Notes: a model not told the origin generated them from the letters alone. A stretch of 38,804 nucleotides of DNA from Acetobacteraceae bacterium (GCA_035644895.1 DASQNQ010000026.1:1-38804), one strand, 5' to 3'; positions 29,248 to 38,804 are shown, numbered from the stretch's first letter. Translations and numbers: made by a program.

Positions 29248-29315
29248 GCGGGCCAGCTTTCCACGGCCGCACGCGGCGGCGCAATGTCCGCGCGCATCAT
29301 CGGGGGTGCCTCGAC

Positions 29316-29597
29316 ATGGAAGCGCTTTTCTCCACCGGGCGGGTCGCCGACCTGATCCTGCTGACCCTGGCGCTGGAGGCCGTGCTGCTCGGTGCCTGGT
29401 GGCGCCTGTCGGGCACCGGCGTTCCGCCGCGTGCGCTGCTGCCCTTCCTGGCGGCGGGGGCCTGCTTTGCGCTGGCCTTGCGGGTAGCACTGACGGATGG
29501 CTGGTGGGGGTGGGTGGCGGTGCTGCTCGGGGGCGCGTTCCTGGCGCACCTCCTCGACGTCGGCCTGCGATGGCACACCCATGTCAGGAGAACGTGA
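29316..29597 (+). CDS. Small hypothetical membrane protein (93 aa) of a type seen in photosynthesis gene clusters
   Basis: MEALFSTGRVADLILLTLALEA...LALRVAL...AHLLDVGLRW; three hydrophobic segments; ATG at 29316. Confidence 0.7.
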   Translation: MEALFSTGRVADLILLTLALEAVLLGAWWRLSGTGVPPRALLPFLAAGACFALALRVALTDGWWGWVAVLLGGAFLAHLLDVGLRWHTHVRRT

Positions 29598-29624
29598 CAA
29601 ATTGGATGTCAAGAAAATCTGACA
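29582..29624. promoter_or_regulatory. Tandem PpsR/CrtJ boxes (TGT-N12-ACA x2, 7 bp apart)
   Basis: TGTCAggagaacgTGACA (29582-29599) and TGTCAagaaaatcTGACA (29607-29624), then TAGCCT -10-like element at 29631. Confidence 0.85.
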
Positions 29625-29697
29625 GCATGGTAGCCTTGCGTCCGCGGCCCGGCCGACGGGCTCGGTGCCGCCCGGAAAAGGACGGGAGGCCCGTACC

Positions 29698-30051
29698 ATG
29701 GCACAGAACGCGTACCGCGCCGCCTTCGAGAGGCTGAAGGCGGACTTCCAGCAGGCCCAGCGCGAGTCGATGGGCGAGGAGGCGCTCGAACGGGCGCGCG
29801 CCGCCCTCGACGCCTTCGCGGGCAGCATGGTGACCGACCCGCGCAAGCTGCGCTGGGTCGCGGAGGAAAGCCCCTCCTGCGCCGCGGAGATCCGGCAATG
29901 GGCCTCGGGCCTGTCGCTCCCGCGCCAGGTGCTCGACCCGACCCATGACGGGTCCTATGCGCGGATCTGGGCGGCATCGCTCGGCGACGATGCGTTGCGC
30001 ATGCTGCGCGTCGTGCTGCAGGCCGAGGCGACGCGGCGCGTGCGGGCCTGA
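29698..30051 (+). CDS. Hypothetical protein (117 aa), probably PpsR-regulated
   Basis: GGGAGG RBS, ATG at 29698, GC3-rich codon use, downstream palindrome. No family recognised. Confidence 0.78.
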   Translation: MAQNAYRAAFERLKADFQQAQRESMGEEALERARAALDAFAGSMVTDPRKLRWVAEESPSCAAEIRQWASGLSLPRQVLDPTHDGSYARIWAASLGDDALRMLRVVLQAEATRRVRA

Positions 30052-30063
30052 GGCAGAGGAGGG

Positions 30064-30085
30064 GGATCCCGGCGCGCCGGGATCC
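30064..30085. terminator. Perfect 22-bp palindrome between convergent ORF117 and hemC
   Basis: GGATCCCGGCGCGCCGGGATCC. Confidence 0.6.
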
Positions 30086-30091
30086 GCCCCT

Positions 30092-31117
30092 TCAGGCGAA
30101 GACGTCGGCCGGGCTGTCCCGCCAGAGGCTCTCACCCAGCTCGCGGCCGATGGCCGCGGCCTGCTTCGCGGCGCCCGTCACCGCACGGCGCAGCAGGAAG
30201 GAGCCGTCGGCGCGTGCCACCAGCCCCTCCACCGCCAGGCCGCCATCGGGCAGCCGCCGCGCATGGCCGCCGATGGGCGTGCGGCAGGAGCCATCCAGCG
30301 CCCCGAGCAACGCGCGCTCCGCCAGCGCCACGACGCGGGCATCGGGATCCTCGATCGCCGCCAGCAACTCCCGCAGGTCGGTGTCGTCCGCGCGGCAGGT
30401 GACGCCGACGATGCCCTGGCAGGCGGCGGGCAGCATGGCCTCGGGCGGCAGCACGACGCCCGCGACCTCCTGCAGGCCGAGGCGGTTCAGCCCGGCGATC
30501 GCCAGCAGCGACGCGTTGAACTCCCCGGCGCGCACCCGGCCAAGCCGGGTCTGCACGTTGCCGCGGATCGGCTCCACCCGCAAATCCGGGCGCGCGTGCA
30601 GGAGCTGCGCCTGGCGCCGGACGGAGGCGCTTCCCACCACGGCGCCGCGGGGCAGGCAGGCGAATGGGTTCTCGGCACAGATCTCGCCGCAGCCCTCGCC
30701 GAGCACGATGGCATCCCGCGCATCCTCCCGCCGCAGGGTGCAGGCGAGAACGATGCCGGGTGGAAGTTCCGTCTCCAGGTCCTTCAGGCTGTGCACCGCG
30801 AAGTCCACGCGCCCGTCCAGCAGCGCCTCGTGGATCTCCTTGGCGAAGAGTCCCTTGCCGCCGATGTCGGCCAGCGGCCGGTCCTGGATGCGGTCGCCGG
30901 AGGTGGCGATGACGCACTCCTCGAACGCCTCGAAGTCGCGCATCACCGGGCAGAAGCGGCCGATGATCGAGAGGAAGTGCCGGGTCTGCCACAGCGCGAG
31001 CGGCGAGCCGCGCGTGCCCACCTTCAGCGGCAGGGTGCGCCCGTGCGGCGCGACCATCGCGCCGGCCTTGCGTTGCCGGAGTTCGCCCGTCATCGGGCGT
31101 TCGGTCCAGTACACCAT
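30092..31117 (-). CDS. hemC: Hydroxymethylbilane synthase (porphobilinogen deaminase)
   Basis: GTRGSPLALWQT, SGD, GGKGLFAKEI, VHSLKD, IRGNVQTR and LDGSCRTPIG motifs. Start uncertain (31117, 31093 or 31057). Confidence 0.95.
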   Translation of the reverse strand: MVYWTERPMTGELRQRKAGAMVAPHGRTLPLKVGTRGSPLALWQTRHFLSIIGRFCPVMRDFEAFEECVIATSGDRIQDRPLADIGGKGLFAKEIHEALLDGRVDFAVHSLKDLETELPPGIVLACTLRREDARDAIVLGEGCGEICAENPFACLPRGAVVGSASVRRQAQLLHARPDLRVEPIRGNVQTRLGRVRAGEFNASLLAIAGLNRLGLQEVAGVVLPPEAMLPAACQGIVGVTCRADDTDLRELLAAIEDPDARVVALAERALLGALDGSCRTPIGGHARRLPDGGLAVEGLVARADGSFLLRRAVTGAAKQAAAIGRELGESLWRDSPADVFA

Positions 31118-31151
31118 CAGTGGAAAGCTCCGGCCATGCCCGCGGACGCGC

Positions 31152-32354
31152 TCATGCGCGGGCGAGCCCCATCAGGTGGGCGAGGTCCTTGAAGAAGATC
31201 TTGATGTGGGCGAGCGGATCACGCCGCACGAGGCGCTTGTTCATGTAGCTCTCCCATGTCAGGCGCTGGACGTCCTTGTCGGCGCACATCTTGACGAAGC
31301 GCTCGCGTGTCCAGTCGCTGCGGTACCAGAAGGCCTGCATGACGCCGAGGATCCAGAAGACGCGGCCGTGCTCCGCCATGAAGCGCTTCCGCGCGAGGCC
31401 GAGCGCGCGCGCGTCGCCCGTGCGCAGCGCCTCGGCCGCCGCCTCGGCCGCGAGCTGTCCGCCGAGCATCGCGTAGTAGATGCCCTCGCCGGAAGCCGGT
31501 GCGACCACGCCCGCGGCGTCGCCGGCCAGCAGCACGTCCACGCCGTTGTCCCAGCGCTTCAGCGGCTTCAAGGGGATCGGCGCGCCCTCGCGCCGGATGG
31601 TGCGCAGCCCGTCGAGCCCCGTCTGACGGCGCAGCGTCGCCACCGCGTCGCGCAGCGCGAAGCCCTTGTGGGCGGAGCCGGTGCCGATGCTGGCCGTGCG
31701 CCCGTGCGGGAAGACCCAGGCGTAGAAGTCGGGCGAGGTGGTGCCCTGGTAGAACACGTCGCAGCGCTTCGCCTCGTAGGCCTCCGACTCGGCGGCCGGC
31801 GCCTCGACGATCTCATGGTAGGCGAAGACGCACTTCACGCGCTCCGCGCCCTGCACCTCCTGCCTGCCGACGGCCGAGCGGGCCCCGTCGGCGCCGATGA
31901 CGAGGCGCGCCCGCACGGCCTCGGGCTCCGCATCCTCGGCCGCGCCCTTCGCGCGCCAGAACACGGTGGCAAGGCCGCTGCCGTCGCGCAGGATCCGTTC
32001 GAAGCTGCCGTCGCGCCGGACGGCGCCGGCCCGCGCGGCGCGCTCGCGCAGCCATTCGTCGAAGTGCTCGCGGTCCACCATTCCGACGAAGCCCTGGCCG
32101 TCGATCGGCATGTCCACGCTGCGGGCGGAGGGCGCGACGATGCGGGCGTTGTTCACCTTCGCGACCAGCAGCTCGTCCGGGATGTCGAAGTCGCGGATCA
32201 GCCGGGGCGGGATCGCCCCGCCGCAGGGCTTGATGCGCCCGGCCTTGTCGAGCAGCAGCACCGAGTGCCCCGCCCGCGCCAGGCTCTCCGCCGCCGTGGC
32301 GCCCGAGGGCCCTCCGCCGACCACCACGACATCGTAGGTTTCTGGGGGCATCAT
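31152..32354 (-). CDS. bchP: Geranylgeranyl reductase
   Basis: VVVGGGPSGA, KPCGGAIP, SPDFYAWVFPH, GDAAG...SGEGIYYAM and DVQRLTWESY motifs. Confidence 0.96.
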   Translation of the reverse strand: MMPPETYDVVVVGGGPSGATAAESLARAGHSVLLLDKAGRIKPCGGAIPPRLIRDFDIPDELLVAKVNNARIVAPSARSVDMPIDGQGFVGMVDREHFDEWLRERAARAGAVRRDGSFERILRDGSGLATVFWRAKGAAEDAEPEAVRARLVIGADGARSAVGRQEVQGAERVKCVFAYHEIVEAPAAESEAYEAKRCDVFYQGTTSPDFYAWVFPHGRTASIGTGSAHKGFALRDAVATLRRQTGLDGLRTIRREGAPIPLKPLKRWDNGVDVLLAGDAAGVVAPASGEGIYYAMLGGQLAAEAAAEALRTGDARALGLARKRFMAEHGRVFWILGVMQAFWYRSDWTRERFVKMCADKDVQRLTWESYMNKRLVRRDPLAHIKIFFKDLAHLMGLARA

Positions 32355-33649
32355 GCCGCTCCTGCTGCCTGTGCAAGGCGGCCGGGCCGCCCGACGCGCG
32401 CCAGTCCCGACGCGATTGCCGCTGCGGCGGCGAAGAGTGCGGCGTCCATGACGAAGACCGCCGCATAGGCGGCCGGCGCCGTGCCGAGCAGCAGGCGCGC
32501 CGCGTCGACGACGACGGTGCCGAGCAGCCCGCCGAGGCCGAAGGCGATGGCCTGCGCCGCGCCCCAGAGGCCCATGCGCACGCCCTCTCCGCCCTCGCGC
32601 CCGGCATTGGCCAGGTGCATCATGGTGGCGATGGCCGCGGCGGCGAACACGCCGTTCGCGAGGCCGAGCGCCAGGAAGGCCGCCTGGACCGGGAAGCCCT
32701 CCGAGGAGAGGCTGCCGGCGGCGAGCACGCTCGCGCAGACGGCGGCCCCCATGCAGCCGCCAACGGTCCAGCGCATCAGGTGGCCTCCGCCGCCGCGCCC
32801 GCCGAGGATGGCGATCAGCACCATCCCCACCAGCACGCCGGCGTGCTGGAGGGAGGAGAGCTGGGTGCTTTCCCCGAGGGTCATGCCGAAGACGGCGCCG
32901 GCGAAGGGCTCCAGGACCAGGTCCTGCGCGCTGTAGGCCAGCATCGAGACGAACACGAAAACGGTGAAGCGCCGCGCCTGCCTGTCCGCCCAGGCGGCGG
33001 CAAGGGCCGCCCGGAAATCAGGGCGCGCAGGGCGCGGCGCGGCCTGGGCCGGCGCACGCGGCTCCATGCCCCAGACGCCGAGCGTGGCCAGCGCCAGCGC
33101 GATGGCGGACACGCCGGCGGCCACCGTGACCAGGCGCTCGGGCGAGTAGGGGTCGAGGAGGCGGCCCGCGACGGCGGTGGTGACCACGAAGCCCGCGATC
33201 ATCATGATCCACACCACCGAGGCGGCGGCGGCCTTCCTCTCGGGCGCGGTGCGCGACGCGAGCAGCACGAGCAGCGAGGTGCCGGCCGCGCCCACGCCGA
33301 CCCCGATCAGGAGAAAGGCGAGGACGGCGAGCGCGATGCCGAGCGCGAGGGATCCCTCCATCGCGGCGGTCGCGACGGCAGCCAGCACGCCACCCGCGGC
33401 CAGCACGGCCATGCCGCCCAGGATCCAGGGCGTGCGCCGCCCGCCCACATCCGACCCGTGCCCGAGACGCGGGCGCAGCATCTGCACCGCGTAGTGCAGC
33501 CCGACCAGCAGCCCGGGCAGGGTCGCCGGCAGCGCAAGCTCGATCACCATGACGCGGTTGATGGCGGAGGTGGTCAGCACGACGATCGCGCCGAGCGCCG
33601 TCTGCACGAGGCCGAGGCGCAGGATGCCGGGCCAGGAGATCGGGGTCAT
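32351..33649 (-). CDS. bch2: BCD/PucC-family MFS protein (Bch2-type)
   Basis: RLGLVQ, NRVMVIEL, SDVGGRRTPWI, QDLVLEPF and MGLWGAAQAIAFG motifs; located between bchG and bchP. Confidence 0.9.
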   Translation of the reverse strand: MTPISWPGILRLGLVQTALGAIVVLTTSAINRVMVIELALPATLPGLLVGLHYAVQMLRPRLGHGSDVGGRRTPWILGGMAVLAAGGVLAAVATAAMEGSLALGIALAVLAFLLIGVGVGAAGTSLLVLLASRTAPERKAAAASVVWIMMIAGFVVTTAVAGRLLDPYSPERLVTVAAGVSAIALALATLGVWGMEPRAPAQAAPRPARPDFRAALAAAWADRQARRFTVFVFVSMLAYSAQDLVLEPFAGAVFGMTLGESTQLSSLQHAGVLVGMVLIAILGGRGGGGHLMRWTVGGCMGAAVCASVLAAGSLSSEGFPVQAAFLALGLANGVFAAAAIATMMHLANAGREGGEGVRMGLWGAAQAIAFGLGGLLGTVVVDAARLLLGTAPAAYAAVFVMDAALFAAAAAIASGLARVGRPGRLAQAAGAA

Positions 33650-34548
33650 GCGAGGCTTCCCAGCGCGAAGGCCGCGGTCAGCATGCCGAGCACGTAGAGC
33701 ATCACGCCCGTGCCGTTGTACCAGGGCGCGAGGCGCCGCGGGTCTCGCAGCAGCCGGCGCATGCAGAGGAGTTGCACGGCCACCGAGAGTGCGACGGCCG
33801 CGGCATGCGCCGGCGCCCCCCAGCCGAGCAGAAGCGCCACGACGACGAGCTGCGGTGCGGCCATGACGACGCAGGCGAGCCGCGCCGCGCGCTCCGGTCC
33901 GAGCTGGACGGGAAGCGACCGCACGCCGAAGCGCCGGTCACCCTCGATCGACTTGAAGTCGTTCAGCGTCATGATGCCATGCGCGCCGAAGCCGTAGAGC
34001 ATGGCGACCAGCACCGTCTCCCATCGCGGCGCGCCGCCCGACATGACCGCGGCGGCGGTGATCCAGGGCAGGCTCTCGTAGGACAGGCCGCAGGCGAGGT
34101 TCCCCCACCAGCCATTCGCCTTCAGCCGCAGCGGCGGCGCGCTGTAGGCCCAGGCGAGCGCGCAGGCGAGCACCGTCGCCCCGAACCCCCAGGGCCCGAG
34201 CGCCGCGCCGAGCGCGAGCGACGCGACGGTCCAGACGATGGCGACCCACAGCCCCCAGCGGCCCGGCATGCGGCCGGAGGGGATGGGCCGCGCCGGTTCG
34301 TTCACCGCATCGACCTCGCGGTCAAACCAGTCGTTCACCGCCTGGCTCATCCCGCAGACCATCGGTCCGGCGAGTACGATGCCGAGGGCGAGCAGGTGCC
34401 ACCGGCCGGAGGCCGCGGCCCCGGAGGCCGCCACGCCGCAGCCGAAGGCCCACATCGGCGGAAACCAGGTGATCGGCTTCAGCAGCTCCAGCACCGCGGA
34501 GGGTGCGGGCAGGCGGCGAGGGGCGGCGGGCAGGGCGGCGTCCGACAT
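33646..34548 (-). CDS. bchG: Bacteriochlorophyll synthase
   Basis: LLKPITWFPPMW, NDWFDREVDAVNEPARPIPSG and LNDFKSIEGD motifs. Confidence 0.97.
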   Translation of the reverse strand: MSDAALPAAPRRLPAPSAVLELLKPITWFPPMWAFGCGVAASGAAASGRWHLLALGIVLAGPMVCGMSQAVNDWFDREVDAVNEPARPIPSGRMPGRWGLWVAIVWTVASLALGAALGPWGFGATVLACALAWAYSAPPLRLKANGWWGNLACGLSYESLPWITAAAVMSGGAPRWETVLVAMLYGFGAHGIMTLNDFKSIEGDRRFGVRSLPVQLGPERAARLACVVMAAPQLVVVALLLGWGAPAHAAAVALSVAVQLLCMRRLLRDPRRLAPWYNGTGVMLYVLGMLTAAFALGSLA

Positions 34549-34550
34549 GG

Positions 34551-35972
34551 TCAGCTCTCCGCCTCCTCGCCGCCAAGGTCGCCGAGCCCGTAGCGCCGCA
34601 GCTTCACGTAGAGGCTCTGGCGGCTCAGGCCGAGCATCTCGGCGGCCGAGGCGCGGTTGTCGTTGGAGAGGTTCAGCGCCGCCTCGATGGCGAGTCGCTC
34701 GATGACGTCCGTCGCCTCGCGCACCAGTTCCTTCAGCGGCACGCGGCCGACGAGCTCGGTGAGCTGGTCGACGGACCGGGGCAGGGAGCGCTCGCCCTCC
34801 GCCGCCGTGGCGGGCCTGGGGCCGACGTCGCGGATCGTGAAGCCGAAGCAGGGCTCGTCGCCGTTCGGCACGGCGACGGCCGAGACCTCGACCTCCGTCT
34901 GCGCGCCGTGCTCGCCATGAATGACGGTGGGGAAGAGCCGGACCGGGCCACGCATGCGCAGGTTGGCGGCGAGCACGTCGAAGTCGACGCCGGGCCGGCC
35001 CAGCCAGCGATCCACGGGCTCGCCTCGCGCCTGCTCCTCCGCCGCGAGCTGCGCCATTTCAAGGAAGGCGTTGTTGGCCAGCAGGATGCGGCCATCGGCG
35101 CCCGTCACCAGGAAGGCATCGGGCGCTGCCTCGACAACGTGCAGCAGCTTGCGCCGCGGGTCGGTGGCCGTGGTGGCCGGCGCGCCTGCGGATGCCGACG
35201 CAATCCGCAGCAGGAGGGCTGCGGACTTCTCCTGGCGCAGGAGGGAGGCGGCGATCAGAACCTCATCGCCCGGCGTGCCGGCAAGCCGCGCCCGCACCTC
35301 CTCCGCACGCCCGCCGCCGCGGACGCCGGAGAGCACGGCGAGCACCGCGCCCTGGCTGTCCGGGTGCAGGATGTCGGTGACGTTGCGTCCCTTGGCCCCC
35401 TTCCCCCCGTCGCCGAACAGGCGTGCCGCGGCCGGATTCGCCTCGGTCACGCGGAGCGCGGTGTCGAGGAGCAGGACGGGCTCCGAGGTCGTCTGGAACA
35501 GGACGCGGTAGCGCGCCTCCGCGTTGCGCAGCCGCGAGTAGTCCCGCTCCACGGATTGCTGGACTTCGACAAGGCGCTGCTGCAGCGCGGCCATCGGCTG
35601 CAGGTCGCGGCCGAGTGCCATGATGCAGTCAGGCCGGAGCCGGATGGTGGAGAACAGGATCGGCACGTTGCGACCGTCGGGGGCGGTATGGTTCAGGTGA
35701 CGCCAGCGGCTGGGGCCTTCCGACGTGGCCTCGCCCACCAGCTCCGCGACCTTTCCGCGGCTGTCTTGGGTGACGAGACCCGACCACGGCACGCCGAGCC
35801 ATTCCGCGCCCACGAGGCGTTCCGCCAGTTGCTGGCTGCCGACGGCCATGTCCCTGATCACCCCGCCATCGTCAACGACCAGGGCCACATCGGTTGCGGC
35901 CGCGGCGATGCGTGCCGCGACGTCCGACGGAAGCGTTCCGATCGTGCGCTTCGGGGCCGTGAAGTCCTTCAC
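34551..35972 (-). CDS. ppsR: Photosynthesis transcriptional regulator PpsR/CrtJ
   Basis: Three PAS regions, QQRLVEVQQSVERDY Q-linker, C-terminal HTH NRASAAEMLGLSRQSLYVKLRRYG. GTG start. Confidence 0.95.
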   Translation of the reverse strand: MKDFTAPKRTIGTLPSDVAARIAAAATDVALVVDDGGVIRDMAVGSQQLAERLVGAEWLGVPWSGLVTQDSRGKVAELVGEATSEGPSRWRHLNHTAPDGRNVPILFSTIRLRPDCIMALGRDLQPMAALQQRLVEVQQSVERDYSRLRNAEARYRVLFQTTSEPVLLLDTALRVTEANPAAARLFGDGGKGAKGRNVTDILHPDSQGAVLAVLSGVRGGGRAEEVRARLAGTPGDEVLIAASLLRQEKSAALLLRIASASAGAPATTATDPRRKLLHVVEAAPDAFLVTGADGRILLANNAFLEMAQLAAEEQARGEPVDRWLGRPGVDFDVLAANLRMRGPVRLFPTVIHGEHGAQTEVEVSAVAVPNGDEPCFGFTIRDVGPRPATAAEGERSLPRSVDQLTELVGRVPLKELVREATDVIERLAIEAALNLSNDNRASAAEMLGLSRQSLYVKLRRYGLGDLGGEEAES

Positions 35973-36019
35973 ATGCCTGGCCCTTCCTCAACTCAGAATC
36001 GCAAGTCGCCGCCATATCA

Positions 36020-36037
36020 TGTCAGTCCCAGAAGACA
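36020..36037. promoter_or_regulatory. PpsR box upstream of ppsR
   Basis: TGTcagtcccagaagACA; a degenerate partner TGG-N12-ACG lies at 36045-36062, 7 bp away. Confidence 0.65.
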
Positions 36038-36062
36038 CATCCGGTGGAAAACGGAATTGACG

Positions 36063-36995
36063 TCATGCATGCAACGTTTGCGCGTAGGCCTGTTCGACAA
36101 GCAGCTTCAGCAGTGCCTCCGCCTGCAGCACGGCCTGCTGTGCGTCCGGCGCGGTGGCGTCGGCACCGACGCGCAGGACAAGGTCTGGCTGTTCGGTGAA
36201 GAGCGTGCCGCCGACGAGAATGCCGATCGCGGGATTCTGCGAGTTGCGGCGGATGGAGCGGATCAGCGAGGCGAGCGCGTCGAGCATCGGCTCCGAACTC
36301 GCGGTCACGCCGACGACGGCGAACCAATTGCGCCGCACGAGGGCGGTGACCTCCGTCGCAGGTCCTGAGGGCGAGTCCACCACGTCCCAGCCTGCGCGGC
36401 GGAGGAACTCGCCAACCATGCTCATGCCGAAAGTGTGCTGTTCGCCCTGCGGCGCCGTCATCAGGGCGCGGCGGCAGTCGCCTGGGCACGCGCCGCATTC
36501 GTGCAGGAAGCTCGGGCTCATCTCGTGCAGGAGCGTCTGCAGCCGCCACAGCCCGAGCGTCACGTCGGTGAAGTGGCACCTGTCAAGCAGCCACAGCTCA
36601 CCGAGCCGTCGTGCGGCCGGCGCCATCAGGTCGAGATAGAGCTGCTCGACGGGCACGTCGCGCGCGACGAGCGCGGCCAGGTGCTCGGACGCCGGTGCGC
36701 TCGACACCGCAAGCAGCTCCTCGCCCAGGAGGTCGATCTCGTCCTGCGCGATGACATAGGTCGAGAGCGGTGGCGAACGGGATCCGAGAAGGCCGCGCTG
36801 CGCAAGCAGCAGGCGCGGCACCACCTCGCTCTCCACGGCGCGGGTCAGCACCTGCAGCCGGCGTCCGATGCCTTGCAGCGCCGGGGGCACGGGCAGGCCG
36901 AGGGGCATGACATCGGAGCGGTGCATCTCGAGCACCGCGTCGCCTCCCGCCACATTCACCGTGCGCCCCAGAGCGGACATCAGCCTTGCGCCCAT
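36063..36995 (-). CDS. ppaA: Cobalamin-binding photosynthesis regulator PpaA/AerR
   Basis: LYLDLMAPAARRLGELW...FTDVTLG, GEQHTFG (ExHxxG B12 motif), ILVGG and GADAT; upstream of ppsR; GGGAGG RBS. Confidence 0.9.
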   Translation of the reverse strand: MGARLMSALGRTVNVAGGDAVLEMHRSDVMPLGLPVPPALQGIGRRLQVLTRAVESEVVPRLLLAQRGLLGSRSPPLSTYVIAQDEIDLLGEELLAVSSAPASEHLAALVARDVPVEQLYLDLMAPAARRLGELWLLDRCHFTDVTLGLWRLQTLLHEMSPSFLHECGACPGDCRRALMTAPQGEQHTFGMSMVGEFLRRAGWDVVDSPSGPATEVTALVRRNWFAVVGVTASSEPMLDALASLIRSIRRNSQNPAIGILVGGTLFTEQPDLVLRVGADATAPDAQQAVLQAEALLKLLVEQAYAQTLHA

Positions 36996-37032
36996 TCTTC
37001 CCTCCCATGATCAAAGGCGCCGGCACCCGTCG

Positions 37033-37091
37033 GTGTCAAGCCGAACTTACGTCAATCCAGCTTGACACTCGGGGACGGGGCCACCTAGCCT
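37033..37091. promoter_or_regulatory. Divergent ppaA/bchF promoter region with overlapping imperfect PpsR boxes
   Basis: GTGTCAAG...CTTGACAC inverted repeat containing TGT-N12-ACG (37034-37051) and CGT-N12-ACA (37050-37067). TTGACA(37062)-N18-TAGCCT(37086) points toward bchF. Confidence 0.7.
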
Positions 37092-37125
37092 TCCTTCAGC
37101 GTCGTCAGCACGCGGGGAGGCTCAG

Positions 37126-37230
37126 ATGCAGCACAGACGGCCCATCCAAGCGGCCAGCACCGTGCCCCCCCTTTGGCCCGGCCGCCCCGGCAGCGCGGCT
37201 GGAAACCAATCACTCATCGCACCGGTTTGA
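37126..37230 (+). CDS. Candidate 34-aa upstream ORF in bchF leader
   Basis: GGGGAGG RBS 5 nt before ATG 37126; MQHRRPIQAASTVPPLWPGRPGSAAGNQSLIAPV*. Confidence 0.3.
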   Translation: MQHRRPIQAASTVPPLWPGRPGSAAGNQSLIAPV

Positions 37231-37239
37231 AGGGGGGTC

Positions 37240-37257
37240 TGTCAAGCAATGCAGACA
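37240..37257. promoter_or_regulatory. PpsR box upstream of bchF
   Basis: TGTcaagcaatgcagACA; an imperfect TGT-N12-ACT lies at 37277-37294. Confidence 0.7.
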
Positions 37258-37292
37258 CGAATCGGCCTGCTCCGCGTGTTGAGCCCGGTTGA

Positions 37293-38804
<1,512 letters not shown>

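Noticed and set aside
37001-37020. FnrL box near ppaA
   Set aside because: Only an ATCAA half-site; no TTGAT-N4-ATCAA.

Overview
A very GC-rich alphaproteobacterial chromosome segment, most consistent with a Roseomonas-like Acetobacteraceae aerobic anoxygenic phototroph (inferred from gene content). Left to right it holds: xylose-type ABC genes (xylH partial, xylF), a small membrane protein, a Bug/TctC binding protein and hemF; petABC; a two-gene accessory module (winged-helix/TolB-like regulator plus a secreted hydrolase-like protein with 11-bp upstream repeats); mtnP, dienelactone hydrolase, DUF4169, a secreted alpha/beta-hydrolase, a PRC-barrel protein, an ABC-2 permease, recX and azlCD; a hemerythrin-like/DUF2382 fusion; ileS-lspA-DUF3035-dcp; an SDR, a GMC oxidoreductase, a beta-decarboxylating dehydrogenase and a class III aminotransferase. 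The right end is the edge of a photosynthesis gene cluster: hemC-bchP-bch2-bchG-ppsR-ppaA/aerR, divergent from bchF-bchN (partial). I found no rRNA, tRNA, CRISPR array or mobile element. The most interesting signals are regulatory. (1) An unrecognised 117-aa ORF sits behind tandem perfect PpsR palindromes. (2) PpsR lacks its HTH cysteine while its partner PpaA carries a CxxCxxxC motif. (3) A candidate leaderless Ile-codon leader peptide with a hairpin precedes ileS. (4) Helically phased repeats lie next to a winged-helix regulator. (5) An EcfG-like promoter and a PhaR-like box precede the hemerythrin fusion. Family assignments are from motif recognition only; no searches were run.
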